Notes under the pieces: generated by a model
The model's input: the letters and a program-made list of their open reading frames with translations, nothing else
Database searches by the model: none
What the model was told of the DNA's origin: nothing
Shown here: piece by piece, positions 41,145-50,710 of the stretch
Numbering within the stretch: the stretch's first letter is position 1
How the letters are laid out: every line of letters starts with the position of its first letter
Position numbers and translations under genes: made by a program
Source: Caecitellus pseudoparvulus
Taxonomy: Eukaryota > Protista > Bigyra: Bicosoecida
Direction of reading: 5' to 3'
Assembly (NCBI GenBank): GCA_965644315.1
Contig: CBFFRQ010000088.1
Span: 179,834-243,833 of the forward strand
DNA length: 64,000 bases

Positions 41145-42763
41145 CTACTTCTTGCGGGATTGGGATGATGTGCTGGTGATGCGGCGCTTAGTCCCGCGGC
41201 CACCCGTCGCGCTGCCACCCGCGCCAGCCGCTGCGGGGGCAGCAGCGGCAGCAGCTGCGGTGCTCTTGAGAGGTTCACTTGTGGCTGCAGTGCTCTTGAG
41301 GGGCTTGCTTGCGGCTGCTGCTGCGAAGGGGTCCTTCTTGGCGCCCCCGCCGAAGAACGAGTCCATGCGTTTCTGGTTGCCCACTTTACGGGCCTTCTTG
41401 AGGCGTTTCAAGGCACTGCGCACGCGGTCTTCATTGAAGCCCTTCTCACCCACCAGGAAGTCCACGACCCTGCGATTAGGAAGCGGCGCAGTGTGGGTGA
41501 GCGTGTGGTGCGAGGGTCCTGGGCGCGCTGTGCCACACACCCCTGCTCATCGGCGTCACCCCACTTGGCTTCCACCTCAGTGTGGGGCAGCACCTCGTGG
41601 TGCAAGAACAGCTCACGCGCCTCGCGCCAGTTGAAGTCCTCTGGTGCAGGCAGCTTGTCCGCCGCCACCTTCGCCAGCACACCTTCCATGCTGCCCTCGC
41701 TCTTGACGAGCTTGTGCGCAGTCTTGGGGCCCACGCCGGCGATGGTTTTCTTGGTGTAGTCGCTGCCGCAAAGAATGCACATGTCCACGAACTGCGCCTG
41801 GGTGAGGCCCAGTCCCTTCAGCGCCTCGGCCAGGTTGAAGTGCAGGGGGGCCTGGTTGCGGGACGCTGACGCGGTGATGCGCCGGACGAGGTTGGGCGCC
41901 GCGAAGGTGAGCGTGTCCATGTCTTCCGACGCCACGCCCCACACGACGCCCCCTGCCGCCAGCTCTGCGCACTGGGCTTCTGCTTCGCAGGGAGCCGTGA
42001 CGACGGGCATGCCCATGAGGGCCAGGAGCTTCTTGCAGTCTTCCTGGTGCTGCTTCGTCATCACGATGGTGCGCTTCGAGAACTTCTCAATGTCAGCCAC
42101 CGTTCCAGACTCCACTGCAGTGGCCATGTCCTTCTCGGCAGCTTCGCGCGCCGCGCGGCGCTTGGCGATCTGGGGAAACGCAGCCGAAACGGCACGTGCA
42201 CAGGCAAACGTGCGCGTGAGCGCAACCCGGAGCGCTCCACGCACCTCCTCCTCCTTCATCTTGGGAGGCTTCCCATCAAAGACAAAGAGGGGCTTCACAC
42301 CAGATTCCAACAGCCGAATGGTGCGTGACAGCATGCCTTGAAGGTGACTGAGTATGCGAAGATCGTCGTACTCGGGGGTACGGCTTTTGAACGGTTGCAG
42401 GGCTGCACATGCGCCCAGGCACACACCTTGTCACTTCCCCCGCCTCATTTGTGAGCATTTGCGCTGGCCCGTCGCCATCACTTGCTCTCACCGCCACGAG
42501 GAACTGCGTCAGGCGCCATGGATGCTGGGTGCGGTCTTTCACAGTGGCTGGAGCTCCCGCCTGCCGTACCTGGTAAATGAAGTTCGACGCGTCGATGGCC
42601 AGCTTGCGGCCCATGAGCTGCTTCAAAGGCACTTCCTTGACTGCCTTTGGCGCCATGTCCATCAGCAGCTTCGTCAGACTCTGCGCATTGGGAGGCGGAA
42701 GGCACTTGCCTGGTGGGCAGTCAGGGCAGGGCTCGCACTGCTGCTGCGAACCTTGATGCCCAT
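41145..42763 (-). CDS. FEN1: Flap endonuclease 1, multi-exon
   Basis: MGIK|[24 protein letters not shown]|[49 protein letters not shown], and the PIP box QKRMDSFF. Confidence 0.97.
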
Positions 42764-43212
42764 GGTGAGATGACAGGAGAGGTGGCACGTTCACAACTAT
42801 TGGTGGGATGCACCGCACTTGCTGGGTGGGGCTGGCAGGGCGCTGGCTCTGCACGTTGGTTTGGGTACTGTGCTCAAATGCTCCACGATGTGGGACACAC
42901 CAGTGCACTGCCACGGCCACGAATAATGGGCCACTCGAGGCTGGAAGGGTGGCTGCAGCGTGGTGCACTTCCATTTCATTGTCTCTCTCGGCGCGGCAAG
43001 GGCAGCCCTTGAAGTGCTGCAGGCGGTTGTGGGCAGTTGCCGACTGAGCGCAGCTGAGTGCCACAACCCCCAGAGCCAGGCAGCAGAAAAGCTCTCACAA
43101 ATAAATGCACGCTAAGCTCCTAGGCGACTCCAGTACTGCGTCGTTGAGACCGCTTGACCTTGTCAAGCGTGCCTGCTGTGCAGCCGGAGCACCTCGCCAC
43201 GCCAGCCCAGAC

Positions 43213-43584
43213 ATGGCGGCCGCCGCAGACCATGAGGGAGACTTGGACCTCAGCAAGGCCAGCAAGCAGGAGATGCAGAAAGCACTGACTGAGGGAAAGA
43301 TGCCGCAGATGCGCATCTTGGAGGAGGATGACGAGTTCGAGGAGTTCGAAGAAGGCTGTGCGTACTTGCGTTGCGCTGGCGTTTCGACCCGCGCATGTCA
43401 GCTGTGCGCCGTCGCCTGTGCAGCGTGGACTCCCGCTGACGCGACAAAGGACGACGAGAAGATGTGGCAGGACGATTGGGATGATGATGAGATCGACACA
43501 GGGTTCTGCAACCAGCTGCGAGCCCAGCTCGTTGCCAGTGGTGTGCTGCCCTCCGGCGGCAGTGCTGCCGAGGGCAAAGCCTGA
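43213..43584 (+). CDS. SEM1: 26S proteasome subunit SEM1/DSS1; intron at 43358-43423
   Basis: LEEDDEFEEF and WQDDWDDD...FCNQLRAQL. Confidence 0.93.
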   Translation: MAAAADHEGDLDLSKASKQEMQKALTEGKMPQMRILEEDDEFEEFEEGCAYLRCAGVSTRACQLCAVACAAWTPADATKDDEKMWQDDWDDDEIDTGFCNQLRAQLVASGVLPSGGSAAEGKA

Positions 43585-43590
43585 ATGCAT

Positions 43591-44912
43591 TCACTTCGCG
43601 TCAGTCTCCAGGTTGGCGAACAGCACCCGCCGCATAGCCTGGACACCAGTCTCTCCTGGAGGGGGCTCTGTCGTGGTTTCTGCCGCAGGGCTCGGTTCGG
43701 GGGCTGCCTGTCCACTCTCAAGCCTCCCTCCAACCGACGCGTACATCGCGTAGTGGCGCATCATGATGCTCCACTCCTCCACCTCATCCAGCGGCTCCAG
43801 ACGCTGCAGTCGCTTCCACTCGTCCTTGTCCACCAGGTTGCTCCACAACGCCTCCATGCTGAGTGCGGCGCTGGAGTGAAACCCTGCTGCGGCGCTGCGC
43901 TGCATCAGGGCTGCCTCGTCCGGCACGTCGTGGATGCCGCGAAAGGGGCTGCCCATCGCAGCCAGGTTGTCCACCATGATGCGCCCGAAGGCGTCGTCGG
44001 GGTGCACGGGGTCATACGCCAGCAGCCCCACCAAGTCAAAGGCCCCGTGCAGCGTGGCGAGCAGCCCCTGCACGCAGTCACTGGGCATGTACACCAGGAC
44101 GCACTCAGCTAGCACTAGTGTTGGCAGTCTGCAGCAAGGCGGGCGTGTGTGCTGGCCTGTGCAGAGGCAGTGCCGCCGGCCACGAAGCAGTGCACGCACC
44201 CGGAGTCAAGCCCTGACTCGTCCAACCACGCTGCCACGGCAGCGGTATCCGTGAGGTCGCACGTGGCGAGGGCGTAGTCTGCAGCAACTATGCTGCCCCC
44301 AGTGGCTGCGTCACCAGCCTCAAAATGAACCGCCGGTGCGCCAGGCGGTGCCGTGAGAAGATCTTGCATGGCGCTGGATGCTTGAATCGCCTCTGCCTTG
44401 AAGTGCGTCACGGCTGGCAGGTCCACCTCCACAAACCTCGCAAATCGAATATCTTGCTTCTGCAAGGAATTGGGAATGCTACGAGCGCTTAGAGTGCAAG
44501 CCCCGGCAAAGCAAGTAAAGCACCGTGCTCCTCACCGCCAGATCGAAGTACGTCGTGTCCAGACCACCGCCGAGGGCGATGACCTGGCAGGCGCCATGCA
44601 TGGCAGCATGAAAAGCCTTCAGTGTCTCTCGGAAAGCGCGGTACCGGGCGTAATAACCTGTCCGGAGAGTCGTGTGTGCTGAGCGTGCCGGCGTCTGAGC
44701 AGGGGCAACCAATTTCCGCGAGCCTCACCCCGGTGGATGATGGGGCTCTTGCGCTTCCACTTGATGCCGAACTCGTCGAGGAAGGGGTCTGAGAAGTACC
44801 CCAGCGCATGGCATGCTCCCTTGGCTGCAAGAGCCTCCATGCTTGTCTGCGCCACGCCAGTGGCCCTCAACGGCCGCCGTCTGCGGCTGCGCCCTGGCCC
44901 GGAAGCTGCCAT
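43591..44912 (-). CDS. LCMT1: Leucine carboxyl methyltransferase 1 (PPM1), multi-exon
   Basis: LGYFSDPF, RKSPIIHRG|YYAR, QVIALGGGLDTTYF, EVDLP, PTLVLAECVLVYM, DAFGRIMVDNL, LEPLDEVEEW...HY. Confidence 0.93.
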
Positions 44913-45295
44913 GCCGAAGGGAGGCAGACGGCGTCTGCACGCTTGCCAGTTACAGGTGGGGTGCGTGCAGTATATGAATCAGCACGGCTTCGAGTGCCTG
45001 GAGTGACAATATTTGCCTTGATGCTATACTGTGGAAAGAATATGTAAAGTAGTAGATACTTATTTCGGATAGGGAAATGTAGCGCAAGAGAAAGTCAACG
45101 CTTGCTCGTAACTACACGTGCAACATACACATGGAACCTTAAGACACTACAGGTTTTGGGTTTGCAGTAGTGTCAAAATCTCTAATGCATTCGCTCTGTC
45201 ACTCTACATGCGGTGTATTGCTGCCGACATCCATTTCACCTCTGCGACTCGCTCCAGTGTTCAGCTGACGCGTTGCACAGGCACTCTGCAGCTCG

Positions 45296-47917
45296 CTACG
45301 TGCCGCTCACGGTTGCTGCCTCGGCAGAGGGCACGGCGAGCAGTGGGCAGCGGGCTGGGAAGTGCCCCTGGCCGCGGCAAGAAGGGCAGATGGCGTGCCA
45401 GGACGGCAGCGCCAGCACTGTGTCGTCCACCGTGAAGCCGCCCTGGGACCCACTGGCTGTGTGCACGCCCCGGAACAGACGTGCAGCAGGAGTCAGGACC
45501 AGGGCTTGGGAAGCGAAGCACACGCGTCGCAGCGCCGCGGTGAGTGGGGCAGACCGCGCCACTTCCTCCCACTCTGGGGCGGGGGACTGCTCAGACAGAG
45601 CCCGGCCTGGCGTGCCCTGTGGCAAGGCATCCGCAGATTGCGTGTGCGCCACCCATGAAGCTTGCAGCTGCGAGGCTCTGGCGGCGCTAGGGCCAGTGGC
45701 AGGGTGCTGCAGCGTGCTCCACAAGGCGTGTGCCGTCCACAGCAAACCCTGTGCCGCGCCGAGCACTGGCTCACTGCAGCCCTGCACAGGTTGCAGCCCT
45801 GGCACACAAGATGCACACTCAAGTGCACTCTCTGCGACTGCCCTTCCCCACGCGGCAAGGTCGCCTGCAGGGCCGGAAGATAAGGACACCTGCGCCACCT
45901 CGGCTGCCTCCAGGACGTCAAATGCGTTGACGAGGTGCAGCCCGAAGTCGGCGTCGCAGACGGGAGCGAGGGACGCCAGGTCGGAGGTCACCTTTAGCAC
46001 GCGGGGGTCCAGGAACAGGCGGTGCAGGGGCGCCAGGGGCGTGTCGGTGAGCTCGGCGCCCGGTTCAGCCAGCGGCCCAGTCCAGTCGGTGTAGCGCACC
46101 ACGACAGGGTGCCTGACGTCCCGGGTGTGGTGGCACCGCCACATGGCGCAGACATCGAGAACAGCGAGGTTTGAGGGCGTGACGAGGAGCAAGTGTCCCA
46201 GGCGCTGAGCGCCTGACCGCGTGTTCGCCCTGGCCACCCTCACGCCAGGCGGCACAGGCTCAAACACGGCGTGCAGGCCCAGGAGGCACTTGCCATGCGT
46301 GTGGTCTGCCAGGAACTGCTGGACCCACTTCTGCAGCTGCGGCATGGACGTGATGCGCTGCTGAGGGACGCAGTTCAGTGCAGGCACGGTCGATGGCGTT
46401 GCGCTTGGCCAGGGTGCATCGAGCAGAGCCTCGCACTGTGGCAGCCCCGGGGGCTGCTGGTCTGGACCACTTTGCTCTGACAGAGCCTTGGGGGTCTCTG
46501 TCAGGTCCTCTGCAGCTGCCCCCGCTGCTCTGTGAGCCGCGCCGATGCTGGGCTGCAGCACCGATCCATCCGCAGCCACTGCCTGCAGGGTGGCAGGTGC
46601 TGCATCCTGCGCCTGGGCATGAGGTGCAGAGGCCTGCCCCGTCAAGGGTGCGTGATCTGTGGCTGCCAGTGTGTGGGCGCGGCGAGCCGCTGTGCTGCTG
46701 CGTGCGGCCCTCGCCTGCTCTAGCGCTTCGCTGGTCCGCCGTCCGTCGTGCAGGTCAGTCACCCACGCCTCTCGCTGGCACCGACCCAGGACCTGCTGCA
46801 GGCTCAGGTGCACCTTGTCCCGGTACGCCTCTGTGGCCAGCTTGGACTCGGCGACGGCCCAGCCTGGCACGAGGGGGTTGGCAGGTCCACCCCCAGCAGC
46901 CCGCCGGAACTTGGCCACGCCGGGCAGGGCAGAGCAGTGCAGGAGAGCATCGAGGGTTGGCTGCCGAGGACGCTTCCGACTGCGGGTAGTGAGGGCCTGT
47001 CGAGACAGCTGTGCGTGCAGGGGTTGCAGGCACTGCGTGGCAAGGCAGGGTGGCCACTGGTGTAGGGGCATGGGGGGGGATGTCAGTGCGAGGTCGACGA
47101 AGACCCGCCCAGACCCCTGACTGCCCAAACCCAGCCCCGCAGCCTCTGCGTCCGCGTGGAGCTGCCCTGCAACCCCTGGCGTGCGGGGAGCCACACCAGC
47201 GCTGCTACTCAGTGCCGGTGGCATGCACTTGACAGTTGGTGGGCGTGGCAGGGACAGCAGCAGCGCCAGCAGCAGCGGCGGCGTGGCACCCTCATCCACG
47301 AGGCACGCCGGTAGCATGGCGTGCAGAGCTTGTGCTCGCTGCCATGTGGAGCCTTCCTCTGCGGCAGCCTGAGCTGCGGCGTCAGCTAAAAGGCCCAGGG
47401 CGCTGGGCAGGTGAGGGTGCCGGGGGCAGCACCGGGCACCCGAGCCGCCCAGCTTGTGCACCCTCAGCAGGGGCGAGTGGCGCACGATGCGGATCAAGCG
47501 GTGTGCGTCGAAGGCTGGCAGACGCCCGTCGGGGTCTTGCTCTCGCAGGAGGCGGGCCAGGGCAGCCACGCGCACCTGCCCCTGTCCGTCGGTGTCTGAG
47601 TTCAGGGTGTCCACGGCGTGGTCGTCCTGAGGAGTGGCGAAACACCACAGCACCGCAGCTGTCAGGACAGCCGCATCCACATCGGCTTGTGTGGCAAAGG
47701 CGCTGGGCAGGCGAACGCCGCCTGCGAAACACGCGCCCCCAATGCCACAAGCACACGCTCCCGAGCGCTGCTCGGAGCTGAGAACCCTAAGCATGTGGCC
47801 CGCATGGCAGCGTTTGATGCACTGAGCGCACACCGCCTGCATGCCACAGGACAGGCACGCGGCGATTACTGTGTGTGTCGCCGGGGCGCCCTCATGGAAG
47901 CGGGCGCACACGGCCAT
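45296..47917 (-). CDS. UBR-type zinc finger + La-motif-like + degenerate RNase D/RRP6-like 3'-5' exonuclease + CCHC knuckle protein
   Basis: N-terminal 'CLSCG..AVCAQCIKRCHAGH...CACG'. 'LFLDPRVLKV...DFGLHLVNAFD' resembles RRP6/RNase D. C-terminal 'CPSCRGQGHFPARC'. Confidence 0.65.
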   Translation of the reverse strand: MAVCARFHEGAPATHTVIAACLSCGMQAVCAQCIKRCHAGHMLRVLSSEQRSGACACGIGGACFAGGVRLPSAFATQADVDAAVLTAAVLWCFATPQDDHAVDTLNSDTDGQGQVRVAALARLLREQDPDGRLPAFDAHRLIRIVRHSPLLRVHKLGGSGARCCPRHPHLPSALGLLADAAAQAAAEEGSTWQRAQALHAMLPACLVDEGATPPLLLALLLSLPRPPTVKCMPPALSSSAGVAPRTPGVAGQLHADAEAAGLGLGSQGSGRVFVDLALTSPPMPLHQWPPCLATQCLQPLHAQLSRQALTTRSRKRPRQPTLDALLHCSALPGVAKFRRAAGGGPANPLVPGWAVAESKLATEAYRDKVHLSLQQVLGRCQREAWVTDLHDGRRTSEALEQARAARSSTAARRAHTLAATDHAPLTGQASAPHAQAQDAAPATLQAVAADGSVLQPSIGAAHRAAGAAAEDLTETPKALSEQSGPDQQPPGLPQCEALLDAPWPSATPSTVPALNCVPQQRITSMPQLQKWVQQFLADHTHGKCLLGLHAVFEPVPPGVRVARANTRSGAQRLGHLLLVTPSNLAVLDVCAMWRCHHTRDVRHPVVVRYTDWTGPLAEPGAELTDTPLAPLHRLFLDPRVLKVTSDLASLAPVCDADFGLHLVNAFDVLEAAEVAQVSLSSGPAGDLAAWGRAVAESALECASCVPGLQPVQGCSEPVLGAAQGLLWTAHALWSTLQHPATGPSAARASQLQASWVAHTQSADALPQGTPGRALSEQSPAPEWEEVARSAPLTAALRRVCFASQALVLTPAARLFRGVHTASGSQGGFTVDDTVLALPSWHAICPSCRGQGHFPARCPLLAVPSAEAATVSGT

Positions 47918-48168
47918 GTTGTGCTGTGCTCGAACCAATTTCCGCAGGGCACGCTCACTGCCGCGCTCAAGTGCAGCAAAGCAATGGGCGTCTCTTGGAC
48001 AAACTTCATCCAAGCTCACATTTTAGGGTATGCTTTTGAAATTATTGGCTGGATCATTCGTGCCTGTCTGTCGTAGGCCTTCGCGAAGAAGCGAACGTGA
48101 GCAGTCGTGGCAAAGGCCCCGGCCAAGCAGTCGCTGAGCGACAAGTGGGTCCAGTGCAGTAAGACAGC

Positions 48169-48849
48169 ATGAGTGGCGGCCCATCTGGCACTGCAGTGCG
48201 CCCTGCCCTGCGGGTCGACACGTCCCTGCTCTCAAGCACCGGCCCGGGTCAGCGTCACAGTGATCAAGTCTTCAGCGCTTCGACTGCCGCTGCTGCCGAG
48301 GCGGCTGGTGCATCACAGACCACACTGCCACAAGGGGGTATGCATGACGAGGAGTTGGATCCCTCCCCCGCCCTACTCAGCATGCCGGGCACAGCGTGCT
48401 TCAGGGCTTACTCGGTAGGCTTCCTCGCTGCTCGTCGCTGCGACCCCTGGCCCTCACACATGCCATCCCTCTTGCCTGCTCCACAGCCGCACCCCCACAC
48501 CGGAACGTGGGTGTACATTGAAAATAAGGGGTGGTGCTATCGTGCCCTGTGTATGCCTTCCTCAGCCCCCTCACGACGCGGGGGCAGCGCCCCACAAGCT
48601 TCCTATCGCCTGCGGCACAACCAGGGTTGGGGCGCCTCCATCACCGCTGGCCCTGGAAAGGCTGGGCAGGGAAAGGGGGCACCCCACGGTAGTGCACCCT
48701 CTGGACGCGGCAAGCGGGCCACGCTGAACGTCACTGGGGGACAGCGCCCCCGGCACACCGCAACTGGTCCAGGTAGTCGCCGTGTAGACGAAGACATCCC
48801 ACGGCCGAAAGGGCGCTTGCCCGAGGCCCTCCGCAAGCTGCAGCAGTAG
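48169..48849 (+). CDS. Hypothetical protein, probably with an intron near 48415-48486
   Basis: ATG-initiated 226-codon ORF filling the gap between two genes. No recognisable motif. Confidence 0.35.
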   Translation: MSGGPSGTAVRPALRVDTSLLSSTGPGQRHSDQVFSASTAAAAEAAGASQTTLPQGGMHDEELDPSPALLSMPGTACFRAYSVGFLAARRCDPWPSHMPSLLPAPQPHPHTGTWVYIENKGWCYRALCMPSSAPSRRGGSAPQASYRLRHNQGWGASITAGPGKAGQGKGAPHGSAPSGRGKRATLNVTGGQRPRHTATGPGSRRVDEDIPRPKGRLPEALRKLQQ

Positions 48850-49058
48850 GCGAGGGCATGCCCGTCCCGATCACCGAGCTTCCACCACGCCCGCGCAGCG
48901 ACCGTGGTACTGTCGATGATAGCGGCTACCATCTTCGGAGACAGTCGGCGGCCGCTTTCAAATGCCGCCACACTGGCCCACACGCTGATTTCTCTTTCCA
49001 GGCGTGCATTCACGGGCAGCTGCTGCAGCCCCCCTGCAAGAGCCCGTTGTGGTGCGCC

Positions 49059-50574
49059 ATGGCCTTCAAGGACGCTCTGCCGTGGATCCTGCTGCCGGCA
49101 GCCTGCATCGTCAGTCTGAGCATCGCCACCGCACTCGTGCCAGTCAGCCCAGTGCTTCAGCTGGTTGTGATCTCGCCATGCATCGTTTGGATGGGCGCAG
49201 TGGCCTCGCTGTTCCTGCAGCACGCAGGGGAGGAGGTGAGGCATGCCACGCGGCCGATGTGATTTCCGCACTTCGCCTCCGGCACGGGCAGACGCTCCAC
49301 ACGTGCAGGAAGCGCCGGCTCTGGGCACTGAGGACGCGCTTGGATTCCCCATTAGTGCGGGTATCATGCTGGCAGGGCTGTATGGCGCCTTGAAGTTCTT
49401 GAGCCCAGTTTATGTCAATGCTGTTGTGAACGCATACCTCGCCCTCGCCACGTTTGGCGCTGGGGCTGTCTTGCTGGCGGTGCCGACACAGCTGGCATGC
49501 TGCCGCGGCAAGCCTGTGCGGCAGTACACCCTCCCAGTGGTGGGCGAGGTGTCCAGTGTGCACGTGCCGGGCATGCTGCTGGCCGCGGCTGCGTCTGTGG
49601 CTTGGTGTGTTTGCGGGCACTGGGCAGCCAACAACGCCCTTGCCGTGCTGCTGTGCGTGGCTGCTCTGCAGCAGATCACGGTCGGGCGCGTGCGCACCGC
49701 CTTCTTGCTGCTGTCGCTGCTGTTCGTGTACGATATCGTCATGGTGTTCTACACCCCCCTCATGGTCACGGTGGCCAAGAACATCAACGCCCCCATCAAA
49801 CTCATGTTCCCCGCCTCGCCCTCATCCATGGCGGGCCTGTCCTGGCAAGAGGGCCTGGCCTCCATGGGCAACGCTTCCGCCCCCCTCCTGGCGGGCAACT
49901 GGTCCGCCCTCCTCGCAGCCGGCCACGTTGACTCCAACGGCAGCTTCGCCGAGGCGCCCGTGTCCGGCGGGCTGGACACCTCACCTGCGCCTCGCCGTGA
50001 CACGTCCGCCATGCTGGGGCTCGGAGACATCGTCGTGCCAGGCATCTTCGTCGCCATGATGCTGCGCTTCGACGCTTTCCGCGCGGGGGCGTGGAAGCCC
50101 CACCACTTGAAGGCCGACGCCGCACAGCCCGCGAGCACTGACCTTCTGCCACCAGCTCCCGTGAGCCTGGACTTCCCCAAGCCTTACTTCTGGGCACAAA
50201 TGGTGGCGTACCTAGCCTCACTTGCCGTCACGCTGGGCGTCATGTATGTCTTCAAGCATGCCCAGCCAGCCCTGCTGTACCTCGTGCCGGGAACCATGCT
50301 CACAGCCATAGCGACAGCACTGGTTCGCGGGGAGTGGCAGGAGCTCATGGCGTACTCTGAAGCGCCTGGCGATGTTGACCTCATTGTTGAGCTGCAGAGC
50401 ATGCTGAACTCGCTCCTCGGCAAGCAGGGAGAGCAGGGAGAGCAGGGAGAGCAGGTGGAGGAGGCTGCAGTGCCTGCAGCTGAAGGAAAGTCACAAGCTT
50501 CCACCGGCAGCGCTACGGCTAAGTCTGGGGAAGGCTCCGGAGTTCGTCGGCGCCGAGGGCGTGTTGAGGGGTGA
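49059..50574 (+). CDS. Signal peptide peptidase (A22B aspartyl protease); intron at 49236-49308
   Basis: Catalytic LFVYD and LGLGD motifs, plus QPALLYLVP and APIKL. Confidence 0.93.
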
Positions 50575-50710
50575 TCGTTTCCCTGGCGTTTCATCAGCCT
50601 GCCTTCCCCGACAACCTTGGCGTGTGCAGCTCCAATTCAAACCAGACCCGCTGAATGGATTCGCTGCTGCATGAACCAGGAAGCGTAGGGCTCATCAGTG
50701 CGCCTGAGGG

